64,000 bases of DNA from Epithemia pelagica. Taxonomy: Eukaryota > Protista > Bacillariophyta. This document shows, piece after piece, positions 36,138 through 48,217 of this stretch. How positions within the stretch are numbered: position 1 is the first letter of the stretch; the number at the start of each line of letters is the position of its first letter. The stretch lies in NCBI GenBank assembly GCA_946965045.2, contig OX337230.1, forward strand, positions 4,278,001 to 4,342,000, written 5' to 3'. The notes beneath the pieces were generated by a model. It worked only from the letters and a program-made list of their open reading frames with translations. It made no database searches and was not told where the DNA came from. The translations under genes were made by a program, and so were the position numbers.

Positions 36138-38727
36138 CTACCCAAATGTTTCTTGATGAAAGTCAAATCGAACTTTGCGATCCGAAAGCTCAATGCATGC
36201 CTTGCGACATAGATACGTGATTCTCTTGGGTCCACAAGCACAAACTGCTACGCGCTTTTCGCCTTGTTCAATGGCCTCTTGTCGCATTTGAGCAAACAAG
36301 GCAGCAATGTCTGGTCGACCAAATTTAAGACCGGGTAAATTGTGCGGAGTTAGCGCGTCCCTGGACTTGGTGAGATAAATATCGATATCCACCAAATCGC
36401 CTATGTTTGCACTATTCGGTAGCTTTGATCCTGCTTCATCTTTGAGATCCATTTCTGCTTCCACGGCTTGTAAATCTTCATCTCGTTTTCGCGGTTCGCT
36501 CATGTGAGAGATACTTTCCGAGTGTTCAAGGTCCACCGTGACTTCATCAGGCGAGTTGGGGCTGTTTCCATTTGTATCCTCTCCCTCGTCTACCAGAGGA
36601 CCGACGTGAAAGGTCTCGTTACTCGTCGATGGTGAATCTGTGACCATTTCACCTGAACTCTTGTCATCATTTTCAGACTTGCTTCCTGGTAAGACTGAAC
36701 CTACCATTTCAAGAAAACCAACCACGTTTTCCAACAAGTTATCGAAAGGATTACCATGCATCTGCTCAACAGCTTCCTTATCGACATCACTGTTCCGCTT
36801 CGATCCTTGACTGCTCGCATTGTTATTCTCCTTCCCCTCCTCATCGGACGTACGAATCGTATCCTTGACCACCAATATGGTACTGCTTTCGTACAAGGAA
36901 TCAAGTTGTTCATCGGTTTCTTGACTGGGAGGGATCGTGGCAAGAATTAGAGAAGCCAATGAGGCAGCACGATCCAAGCCAAAACGATCCAAGCCTACAA
37001 CACTTCTGCTCTCGTTCATGTCCTCCTCGACTGTCAGATGCTTGCTTCCATGGAGATCGCTGGACAAATCCGCAATTTTTGATTGAACCATGAGCTCTGG
37101 ATCTCGTTGTATCCAAACAAACTTAAGTTTCTTCAATTGTCGGTCGCCCTCCGTTTGTTCGTGAAGCAAATGAGACAGCAAGGACTGCATGGGCGTTACT
37201 GAAAAGTCAAGGGTATCCCCAAATAAAGGTTAGAAAAAGACTTCGCCAGCAAAGATGAATACCAAAAGAGCTATGCCTTTATGGGCATGCCATGAAACTT
37301 ACGCCCGATACCCCCACTAACGAGCAAAAATACTGCCAAGGAAAATGAGTGAACAACTCGCCCGTGAGACTCTTTTGTTTTCATGTTATATCCATTATGA
37401 CGATGCGTACCCTTGTAATGTTCTGGACTGGTCACGTCAATGGCAAAGTTCCCGTATGGTCCTTCGATCAACATGTCCACTTGGGTCTTTTTCATGGCGA
37501 GCTTGTGCAAGGCCATGGTCCAATCTCCCGCCACTCGGACATGAATGGTGACAACCGGCTCATGTGGGGCACTACTCAAGGAAAAAGGGTGCCACTCCCA
37601 GGCCGACAATTCCGGAATGGCCAAATATACTGTAGAATCACGATAAAACAAGAGAGCAGCCGAGAAACGAATCAGCGCTTTGTTGCAGTTTCTATATACG
37701 ATACCAACAAACACAAGTCGTACGTACCGTATTGTCCTGGATTAAAGTCAAATCCCGATACCTTGGGGAATTCCAATTGAACCACCGAATCACTTACAAT
37801 GCGCAAGGTGACTTGTCGGGGTTATCGGTATCGGGCCATGAAGAGTTTTCGCAGGAGCATATCCATACCAAATGTACAAAAGACAAATAAGGGAACCACG
37901 TAACCGGTATAGAACAGACTGCCAACCACAATACCCACGAGCATGAGCAAATGAAGGAGATAAAAGACTTGAAAGACCACTTTGCGAATCCAGGGCAAGG
38001 AGGTTACCATGAGGCCCACCACAAAGACCAACATCATGGTGCCGGATGTGTTCATGCTATTGGACCCGAACAGTTCCTTTAGAAACGGTTGTTTTGTTGT
38101 GGTTGACGAATCGGAAGATATCTGAACCTCAAAATAGGCCACAGCATGAAGCAGACCTGTGATCACGGTGAGATAACCCGCCAGTTTGTGATACAGGAGG
38201 GCTCGATCAAAGGGCAAGCCCAAGAGGAGCGTCAGGTACGAGTTTTTTTGCTCCAACAACAAGGCGGCGAACATACTAGCTCTGGAGACTTGCCCTGTAA
38301 CAGAGACATTCGGTTTCCACCACGTATAACAGAGTGCGGCAGCCATTATGGCACCAAAGGGTATCAAGAAGAGGATCTCACCATAAGTGACGTAGATGCG
38401 AAAATGATCCAAGAGTAGATTGCCTCGAATGCGCTTTTGCAATGGATACGAGAGAGTCCACCGCCACGCATACAAAGTTTGGATCCATGACGAAGTTCCC
38501 AGGCGAATAGTCTCAGGGAAACAATCGCGTAAGAGGAAGTACAGTGGAGGAAACTCCAAACTTGGATGTGGATTGTTCGGAATGCTGGTGGTTATTGAAT
38601 CATTGCTAGGAGGTTGGGTATCCTCGACCTTCTCCGAACCATGGTGGTCGTCGATGTCAACTGGCGTCGCTGCCTCCTCACTCCTCTCCTGTTTGGTTCC
38701 TCTTTTTGGTGGTTGACCGGTCGTCAT
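36138..38727 (-). pseudogene. Ferric reductase / NADPH oxidase family, paralogue 1 (nonsense-disrupted)
   Basis: Motifs HPFSLSS, GPYG, SGGIG-LTP, FVWIQR, CACGP, FHQETF. In-frame TAA at 37822-37824 where paralogues 2 and 3 have Tyr. The predicted heme-ligand His is Tyr here (37909-37911). Confidence 0.8.
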
Positions 38728-39452
38728 GATGCAGAGGGTTTCACATAGAATGACAAAAATGCACTGATGAGCCGTTGTAGGTTGTTTTTCGATCGCGGTC
38801 CAACCAACGCTTGTACCTACCGTAGTGTTGTTTCTTTTCTTTGCCACGCAGTCTTCACCGATCCGACTTCTTACAAAGACTGTCATCTTCCCTGATGGAA
38901 ACAGAATCAGGATTCTTGTATGCCAAAATCAAGGCATGCCCATGATGGGATATATAGTGCGAAGAGTGCGGAGGGTAAGTTGGGTCGCATGTCGCATTTG
39001 CTTCTTTGATGGATCACTCTCAATCGTACCCCCAGGGGGAAGATTTCGGTCGCGCGTAACTTGAGTTTGTGTAGTGACTGTTGATCTTCCATGTCTAATG
39101 AGAATGATGTATTCACTGTGATCCTATGATAGAACGGTTTCTATTTTGGACACAATAACATGCTACAAACAAATAGGACCCAATGTCGCATCACGTTCAT
39201 TGCCAGGAATCCTTCCTATATGCATCAGACAAATCTCAAGAAATGAATGGCTGATTATGAAAACGGTTCCTTTTCTATGAATCACACTAGCTTCAAGATA
39301 GCGATTGTGTCAGGATCTCAAAAACGAAACGGCGGTCAGTCTGGGAGCAATCATGTTCCAATCGATCGATCCGCAATCAACGACAATTGAGTTGAGCTTA
39401 TTGCCGCGGATATTCAAGATAGAGCCGGTCGTCGTCGCAGTCACACAAAGCA

Positions 39453-41948
39453 CTACCCAAATGATTCTTGATGAAAGTCAAATCGAACTTTGCGATCCGA
39501 AAGCTCAATACATGCCTTGCGACATAGGTACATGATTCTCTTGGGTCCACAAACACAAACCGCAACTCGCTTTTCGCCTTGTTCAATGGCCTCTTGTCTC
39601 ATTTGCGCAAACAAGGCCGCAATGTCGGGTCGGCCAAACTTGAGACCTGATATATTGTGCAGAGTTGGCGCGTCCCTGGACTTGGTGAGATAGATATCAA
39701 TATCGACCACATCGCCTGCTCTGGTCAGGTTTGGTTCTTGAGTTGACCCTGCTTCCTTTTCTAGATCGACCTCTTTGGTCAGCGCTTCCATGTGTTCATC
39801 TTGGTCTTGTTGGTTACTCATGTCAGAGACACTGTCATCCGTTGCAACTCCATCCTGCAACTCTTGCTTCCTCCTGGTTGCATCGTCTCGATCCTCTTCT
39901 ACAAATGGACCAGATCGAGAAGAATCAGTTCCAGTGCTCAGTGCGTCGGAACCCGGGTCAACCGTTCCGTCACTCTCCGATGGACTGGTAGTACTGGACA
40001 AGATAGAACTCAACATTCCAAGGAAGTGAAACATGCTTTCAAAACTGTCTTGTGCTGCTTCTTGTTTGGGGGGTTCTGGTACTGGAACCACGTTGTCCTC
40101 GTCATCGTTCTCCTCGGACCGGAGCAATGTCTCCTTGAACAGTAATATATCGCTGCTGTCGTACAAGCCGTCGAGTTCCTCATCGGTTTCTTGACTGGGA
40201 GGGATCGTGGCCAGAATTCGAGAAGCCAACGAGGGGGCACACTCCAAGTCCTCCATACCAGTAGCACTGCCCGCCTTTTCCTCCCTCATTCTGTCCTCGT
40301 CGTCTTCGATGGTCATCATGCGCTTGCTTCCATGAAGACTGGCTGACAAGTCGGCCACTTGCGACTGTACCATGAGTTCGGGATCTCGTTGAATCCACAC
40401 AAACCTGAGCTTTTTCAATTGTCGGCGACCCTCCGTTTGTTCGTGAAGCAAATGAGACAGCAAGGATTGCAGTGGTGTTACTAAACGATCCAGGACACGG
40501 CAAAAGGGTTAGACAATCGGCGGGAATGGACAAAAATGACAACAGAGACGGTCTTGCAACGACACTTACGTCCGATCCCACCACTAAGAAGCATAAAGAC
40601 TGCACAAAAGCCAGAGAAGAACTTGTTAGTTGTACAACTGTGCCGATCTTGGGCATGTTGCATTCGGACAAACAAACGTACCCTTGTATCGTTCGGGACT
40701 CGTCACGTCAATGGCAAAGTTTCCATAGGGACCTTCCAGCAACATGTCCACGTGCGTCTTTTTCATGGCGAGTTGGTGCAAGGCCATGGTCCAATCCCCT
40801 GCGACTCGGACATGAATGGTAACGACCGATTCGTGTGGGGCACTGCTCAGAGAAAAGGGATGCCATTCCCAGGCCGACAATTCCGGAATGGCCAAATACA
40901 CTATAGGTATCGCAGAGTATCCAAGAGATTCAATACAGATATGAGCTTTTTCGCTGTGGTAGTATAGGAGGACACCACCAAGCAACCAACAACTACACGT
41001 GTCGTACGTACCGTATTGTCCTGGATTAAAGTCAAATCCGGCAACCTTGGGGAATTCCAATTGAACGACGGAATCACTCACAATGCGCAAGGTGACTTGT
41101 CGTGGATAACGGTATCGGGCCATGAATACTTTGCACAACAGTACATCCATTCCAAAGGTTCCCAAAACAAAGAGAGGAACCAGGTAGCCGGTATGAAACA
41201 TGCTGGCCCCAAAAATTCCCACGAGCATGAGCAAATGAAGGAGATAAAAGACTTGAAAGACCACTTTGCGAATCCAGGGCAAGGAGGTTACCATGAGGCC
41301 CACCACAAAGACCAACATCATGGTTCCGGATGTATTCATGGAATTGGATTGGAGCAATTCGTGTATAATGGAGGACGAGGATGAATGCTGTGGTGAGTGG
41401 TAGTTGACTTGAAAGTGGGCCCAGGTATGAAGGAGCCCGGTAAGGACGGCAAGATAGCCCGCCAGTTTGTGATAGGGCATGGCTCGATCAAAGGGCAAAC
41501 CAAGGAGGAGGGTCAGGTACGAGTTTTTTTGGGCCAACAACAAGGCGGCAAAGACAAAGGCGCGCGAAATTTGACCGGTAATGGACACACTGGGATTCCA
41601 CCAGGTATAGTAGACTGCCATGGCCAGGAGGACCGCAAAGGGAAGGGCCAAGAGGACTTGGCCATAGGTCAAGTAGATGCGAAAATAATACAAGAGGGGA
41701 TTGTGCCGAATGCGTTTGAGCAAGGGATAGGAAAGAGTCCATCGCCAGCTATACCACTTGTGAATCAAACCGTCGGCATTCGTCAGACAAGAAGGGAAAC
41801 AATCGCGCAAGACAAAGTAGAGAGGAAGAAACTCCAGAGCAGGATGCGAATCGTTTGGATGTGGGTCGATGACTTGCTGTCTTGGTGTTGTTTCTTCCAC
41901 CGCTTCCGTAACAAGATCGTTGTTTGGCAAATACGGCATGTCTGGCAT
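39453..41948 (-). CDS. Ferric reductase / NADPH oxidase family, paralogue 2 (apparently intact, three introns)
   Basis: TM region with YHKLAG...LLH and FYLLH...FH heme ligands, FAD motif WHPFSLSS, NADPH motifs GGIG and CVCGP...FHQESFG. Introns at 40901-41011, 40600-40681 and a third near 40480-40570. Confidence 0.88.
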
Positions 41949-42783
41949 TTTCGAATCCGATTCGTTGAGTGTGTGTGTCAATCGCAATACAACAAGGAGA
42001 TTTAGTTTGGCTTGCTGTCAATGTTGTGAGCAGAGTGAAATTGTGTCCAGAGTAGTCGCGGTCCCTTTTTCTTCACGAAAGCCTTAACGACTCTTTGCAA
42101 GTGTTCCCATTATGCTCACCTGATATGTTCGTCGTCGTTCAGTGATTGGTAGTTGCACCACCAGCAGCATCCATCCATGCTCCTGGAATGCGCACCAAAA
42201 GAGCGAAGTAGCCAGTGAGGATGGACAAGGAAAGGTGGGTTTGGGTGTTTGGGTGGGTCTTGCTGGATAGTTTCTTGAAACGTCTCCGTCTGCTCTTGCG
42301 TAGAGGTGCGAGGCACAACAAACTTTGTGAGGAATCTGACGTGTATCCACATCTTGTTTTTCAAAGAGGAGGGGCACAAGAAGTCTCGATTCCTTTGTCT
42401 TTCGCTCTATTGCCTCATTTCTCATTTCGGATGCAATGTCCCAAACAAGTACACAAGACGCAAAAAGTGTTTGGTCGGAGAGTCATTCGAGCGAGGCACC
42501 TTCAGCCTTTCTTCAAGTTGTCGACGCAAGACGAAAACGCGAGACGCCAAAAGACCCTGGCAAAACTTTTGTGCCAGTGTCACTCTCCGCCATTTCGTGA
42601 GAGCTTTTGGACAGTCTCGCCTCGCGCGCATAGGGTCGCGTTTCAACAGAGGATTACATTCGGGTTTGAATCAGTCGTGGTTGTTGCCGTCACCATGGAC
42701 CATGGAGATACACAAACAATATAGAACACTGATCCATACCTTACGATTGACCACATTCTTCTCGGCGCTACAGCTACAACATC

Positions 42784-44259
42784 ATGCCCAAAGCAGAAAA
42801 GGGCTCCGTGAAGGACATTGCAAAACGCATCAAGGCTAAGGGCTTGCAAAAGCTCAAGTTTTATTGTCAAATTTGCGAAAAGCAGTGTCGCGATGCCAAC
42901 GGCTTCAAATGCCACATTCAATCCGACTCTCATTTGCGTCAAATGAAACTCTTTTCGGAAAATGCGTCCGGTCGGATGGATCAATATTCTCGAGAATTTG
43001 AAAAAGTCTTTTTGGATACACTCCGCATGTTGCATGGGACGGCGCAGGTCAATGCCAATCAAGTCTACCAACAAGTCATTCGCGACAAGCAACACATTCA
43101 CATGAATGCCACCATTTGGGCGACACTCAAGGATTTTTGTCAATATTTGGGCAAGACGGGCAAATGTCGTGTCGAAGAAACGGAACGAGGATGGTACATT
43201 ACCTACATTAATCGCAATGTCGAATCGCTGTTGCGACAACAACAAGCGCAAGAACGACAGGAGGCCGCCTTGCAAGCCGAAGCGCAGTATCAAAAACAAT
43301 TGGACGAACGCAAACGTCAAGAAGCGTCCATGGCACTGGAAAAGGCGGGTGTTTTGCAACAACAACCAACCACCAACATGGCCGAACGAGCGCACCATGA
43401 AACGATTCACATTCACAAGGACAAGATAGTATTAGCAGGAGCACAATCCAATAAGAAAGCAACGACGAAACCGGCCGTGATCCAAAATGTGTTGGATACG
43501 GGAAGTGACGATGACGACGAGGAAGAACGTGCCATGGAGAAGGAGGAGGAGCTGGAGTATGCAGCTGAGGCCAAGGATTTGTCGACAAACAAAAGGCTCC
43601 TGACACCAAAGGAGACGGCGACGACAACGACGAGTAGTAGCAGTCGAAAACGGCCACGACACAGCAGTGCAACAGCACCAGAGAAAGGCTTCGAGCCGAA
43701 GGATCAACCAGCACAACGTGAGACACACCACCAACACGAACCACAACAAGAACCATCGGCACGACGACAAAGGGGTCCATCGGTCTGGTTGTATCGAGAC
43801 ATTGTGGTACGCATCATTGACCAAACCTACCGTGGTGGACGCTACTTTCGGCGCAAAGCCTATGTCGATCGTGTCATTTTACCAGACGACAACAACAACA
43901 AGGACTCTTCCGAGTATCATCAGCAGCAGCAACCACTCGCTGAACTCACACTTCTGCGCGATTCCAATCATGACGATGATGAGAAGGATGACGCAATCGT
44001 GTTGCGGCTGGCCCAGGATTGTTTGGAAACGGTCGTTCCCAAACAGGCCGACACACTGACGACGACCAGCAGCAATAGCAGCAGCAAGAACAAGCACAAA
44101 CAAAGCAAGAGTCGGGTTCGAATCTTGGTCGGACCCTACCGTGGCAAAAAGGCTGTGGTGGTGGCCTTGAACAAACCAAACTATCAAGGACGACTGCAAT
44201 TGGACAATGGCACTATATTGGAGTCAATGCCCTTTGAACATTTTGCCTTGCTGGCTTAA
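42784..44259 (+). CDS. KIN17: DNA/RNA-binding protein KIN17
   Basis: MPKAEKGS...KGLQKLKFYCQICEKQCRDANGFKCH zinc finger, HMNATIW winged helix, C-terminal SH3/KOW-like modules. Intact 491-aa ORF. Confidence 0.96.
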   Translation: MPKAEKGSVKDIAKRIKAKGLQKLKFYCQICEKQCRDANGFKCHIQSDSHLRQMKLFSENASGRMDQYSREFEKVFLDTLRMLHGTAQVNANQVYQQVIRDKQHIHMNATIWATLKDFCQYLGKTGKCRVEETERGWYITYINRNVESLLRQQQAQERQEAALQAEAQYQKQLDERKRQEASMALEKAGVLQQQPTTNMAERAHHETIHIHKDKIVLAGAQSNKKATTKPAVIQNVLDTGSDDDDEEERAMEKEEELEYAAEAKDLSTNKRLLTPKETATTTTSSSSRKRPRHSSATAPEKGFEPKDQPAQRETHHQHEPQQEPSARRQRGPSVWLYRDIVVRIIDQTYRGGRYFRRKAYVDRVILPDDNNNKDSSEYHQQQQPLAELTLLRDSNHDDDEKDDAIVLRLAQDCLETVVPKQADTLTTTSSNSSSKNKHKQSKSRVRILVGPYRGKKAVVVALNKPNYQGRLQLDNGTILESMPFEHFALLA

Positions 44260-44575
44260 TAAGGAGCTATCCTACCGTATTGCTACTACCGAATCCCTTT
44301 CTCGGTGCATCTGTAATACAGGAGAACCGCATTTGACGGGGACTAACAGGCGCTCAATGCCAGCAGCACCTCGTGACTCCTGAATGCCCCCTTGCTGCTG
44401 GGCGCTCCATGATCCAGAGACACGCTTCGTAGACAAATAGGCATGCTGTGAGATATTCTTCCGCAATCATCATCATTACTAATGAACTTCTTGAAGGATA
44501 TAAGGACATTATGTACATTCACCACAAGACTCGGTAACACAGGTAGAGTCTCCATTGCTCATTTCTAGGGCTCTA

Positions 44576-45302
44576 TTATTTGGCACTGGCAGCCAGTGTT
44601 CTCCAGCGGTGTACCTGTAGTGGTTGGCCCACGGCATTGGATTCCACAATTCGTCCGGTACGACCGTCTAAGACGACCAGCCGTGGAATGCCCGTGACAC
44701 GAATGGCTCAGCCGTGGAATGCCCGTGACACGAATGGCTCCCATGAGTCCTCTTCGGGCATCTTCTTCATAGTCGACAGCCAACCAGGGCATGGATGAAG
44801 TGTAATACTGTCGAAACCCAGCCTCATTGTGATCGGCCGATAAAGAGACAATTTCGACAGCCGACCAATTGTCTTGATTGGACGACGATGATGATACGAG
44901 CGACTTGTACCATTGGGCCAATTGCGGGGTAAAATTGCGACAGGGACCACACCAACTGGCACTAGCATACAAGAGGACAAATTCTTTACCACCCAAGGCA
45001 TCTTCCAAGGATATCGTCGTCGTCTGGTCTGTTCCTTGTTCTCCCCGTTTCAACAAGCTTTGGTGTTCCAGAGACTGAAACCACCGTTTCATTCCATCTG
45101 ACAGCCCAAACGGGACAATGATTTGGGATGGAGGAGAAAAAAAGTGTCTGGAGGAATTGGTGCTTTCATCATCCTTGTTGTTGTCACTGGTGGAGGCCGG
45201 TCGGACACGAAATTGATAGCCAGTGGACGAAGTGAGGTTCTTTTTGCGCACTTGCCGACCGGCAAAGGAGGAAGCCACGGTTTTCCATTCACTGCCACCG
45301 AC
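44576..45302 (-). pseudogene. 5'-truncated fibronectin type III plus nucleoredoxin/tryparedoxin-like thioredoxin gene
   Basis: FN3 second half (WKTVASS...YQFRVRP) and WCGPC active site with GIPRL. Cut at the 45302/45303 duplication junction and frameshifted by a 31-bp tandem duplication (44678-44739). Confidence 0.8.
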
Positions 45303-45437
45303 ATTGTGTCAGGATCTCAAAAACGAAACGGCGGTCAGTCTGGGAGCAATCATGTTCCAATCGATCGATCCGCAATCAACGACAATGTAGCGTATTGTCG
45401 CGGATATTCAAGATAGAGCCGGTCGTCGTCGCAGTCA

Positions 45438-45773
45438 AAAAAAAATTAAACCATAATAATTTTTGTTCATTGTGCAAAATTGATTTTATTTGAATAAAAA
45501 TGAAATAAAAATAATAAACAAAATTCCAAAAAAAGAAAAATGATACTACCCAAATGATTCTTGATGAAAGTCAAATCGAACTTTGCGATCCGAAAGCTCA
45601 ATACATGCCTTGCGACATAGGAACATGATTCTCTTGGGTAAAAAATAATAAACAAAATTCCAAAAAAAGAAAAATGATACTACCCAAATGATTCTTGATG
45701 AAAGTCAAATCGAACTTTGCGATCCGAAAGCTCAATACATGCCTTGCGACATAGGAACATGATTCTCTTGGGT
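45438..45773. repeat. 107-bp AT-rich insertion plus a 134-bp tandem duplication at the 3' end of reductase 3
   Basis: 45438-45544 has about 15 G+C in 107 nt and is absent from unit 1. Units 45506-45639 and 45640-45773 repeat the stop-codon region. Confidence 0.88.
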
Positions 45774-48186
45774 CCACAAACACAAACCGCAACTCGCTTT
45801 TCGCCTTGTTCGATGGCCTCTTGTCTCATTTGCGCAAACAAGGCCGCAATGTCGGGTCGGCCAAACTTGAGACCTGATATATTGTGCAGAGTTGGCGCGT
45901 CTCTGGACTCGGTGAGATAGATATCAATATCGACCACATCGCCTGCTCTGGTCAGGTTTGGTTCTTGAGTTGACCCTGCTTCCTTTTCTAGATCCACCTC
46001 TTTGGTCAGCGCTTCCATGTGTTCATCTTGGTCTTGCTGGTTACTCATGTCAGAGACACTGTCATCCGTTGCAACTCCATCCTGCAACTCTTGGCTCCTC
46101 GTGTTTGCATCGTCACGCTCCTCGTCTACAAATGGACCAGCTCGAGAGGCATCATCTCCAGTGCTCAGTGCGTCGGAAGCCGGGCCAACCGTTCCGTCAC
46201 TCCCCGACGTACTAGCAGTACTGGACAAGATAGAACTCAACATTCCAGGGAAGTGAAACATGCTTTCGATACTATCTTGTGCTGCTGCATCTTGTTTGGG
46301 GGAGTAGGATTCTGGTACTGGAACAACATTGTCCTCCTCCTCGTTCTCCTCGGACCGGAGCAAGGTCTTTTTGAACATTAAGATATCGCTGCTCTCGTAC
46401 AAGCCGTCCAGTTCCTCGTCGGTTTCTTGACTGGGAGGAACTGTGGCCAGAATTCGAGAAGCCAACGAGGGGGCACACTCGGAGTCCTCCATACTAGCAG
46501 TACTGCACGCCTCCTCGTCCATCATTCGCTCCTCGTCGTCTTCGATGGTCATCATGCGCTTGCTTCCATGAAGATTGGCCGACAAGTCGGCCACTTGCGA
46601 CTGGACCATGAGTTCGGGATCTCGTTGAATCCATACAAACTTGAGCTTTTTCAATTGTCGGCGACCCTCTGTTTGTTCGTGAAGCAAATGAGACAGCAAG
46701 GATTGCAGTGGTGTTACTAAACGATCCACAGGACACGGCAAAAGGGTTAGACAATCGGCGGGAATGGACAAGAATGACAACAAAGATGGTCTTGCAATGA
46801 CACTTACGTCCGATCCCACCACTAAGAAGCATAAAGACTGCACAAAAGCCAGAGAAGAACTTGTGAGTTGTACAACTGTGCCGATCTTGGGCATGTTGCA
46901 TTCGGACAAACAAACGTACCCTTGTATCGTTCGGGACTCGTCACGTCAATGGCAAAGTTTCCATAGGGTCCTTCCAGCAACATGTCAACTTGCGTCTTTT
47001 TCATGGCGAGCTTGTGCAAGGCCATGGTCCAATCCCCTGCGACTCGGACATGAATGGTAACGACCGATTCGTGTGGGGCACTGCTCAGAGAAAAGGGATG
47101 CCATTCCCAGGCCGACAATTCCGGAATGGCCAAATACACTATAGGTATCGCAGAGCATTCAAGAGATTCAATACAAATGAGCTTTCTGGCTGTGGTATAG
47201 GAGGACACCAACAAACAAGCAACCAACACACAGGTATCGTACGTACCGTATTGTCCTGGATTAAAGTCAAATCCGGCAACCTTGGGGAATTCCAATTGGA
47301 CCACCGAATCACTCACAATGCGCAAGGTGACTTGTCGTGGATAACGGTATCGGGCCATGAAGAGTTTTCGCAGGAGCATATCCATACCAAATGTACAAAA
47401 GACAAATAAGGGAACCACATAACCGGTATGGAACAGACTGGCAACCACAATACCCACGAGCATGAGCAAATGAAGGAGATAAAAGACTTGAAAGACCACT
47501 TTGCGAATCCAGGGCAAGGAGGTGACCATGAGGCCCACCACAACGACCAACATCATGGTGCCGGATGTATTCATGGAATTGGATTGGAGCAATTCGTGTA
47601 TAATGGAGGAGGAGGAAGATGAATGCTGTGGTGAGTGGTAGTTGACTTGAAAGTGGGCCCAGGTATGAAGGAGACCGGTAAGGACGGCGAGATAACCCGC
47701 CAGTTTGTGATAGGGGATGGCTCGATAAAAGGGCAAACCAAGGAGGAGGGTCAGGTACGAGTTTTTTTGGGCCAACAACAAGGCGGCAAAGACAAAGGCG
47801 CGCGAAATTTGACCGGTAATGGACACACTGGGATTCCACCAGGTATAGTAGACTGCCATTGCCAGGAGGACCGCAAAGGGGAGGGCCAATAGGACTTGGC
47901 CATAGGTCAAGTAGATGCGAAAATAATACAAGAGGGGATTGTGTCGAATGCGTTTGAGCAAGGGATAGGAAAGAGTCCATCGCCAGCTATACCACTTGTG
48001 AATCCAACCGTCGGCATTCGTCAGACAAGAAGGGAAACAATCGTGCAAGACAAAGTAGAGAGGAAGAAACTCCAAAGCAGGATGGGAATCGTTTGGATGT
48101 GGGTCGATGACTTGCTGTCTTGGTGTTGTTTCTTCCACCGTTTCCGTAACAGGATCGTTGGTTGGCAAGCACGGCATGGCTGGCAT
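45680..48186 (-). CDS. Ferric reductase / NADPH oxidase family, paralogue 3 (apparently intact, three introns)
   Basis: Same motifs and intron positions as paralogue 2, all four His ligands present, ATG at 48186, TAG at 45680-45682. Confidence 0.87.
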
Positions 48187-48217
48187 TTTCGAATCCGATT
48201 CGTTGAATGTGTGTTTC

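Larger units (their letters stand above)
39304..45302. repeat. Tandem segmental duplication, unit 1 (reductase 2, KIN17, 3' part of the FN3-thioredoxin gene)
   Basis: ATTGTGTCAGGATCTCAAAAACG begins at both 39304 and 45303. Homology continues through the reductases, and 41970-42800 reappears at 63172-64000. Confidence 0.85.

Noticed and set aside
42215-42724. ~169-aa ORF upstream of KIN17, present in both duplication units (also 63413-63916)
   Set aside because: The two copies change frame relative to each other after about residue 101, so it is not conserved as a protein. Shared sequence reflects the duplication.
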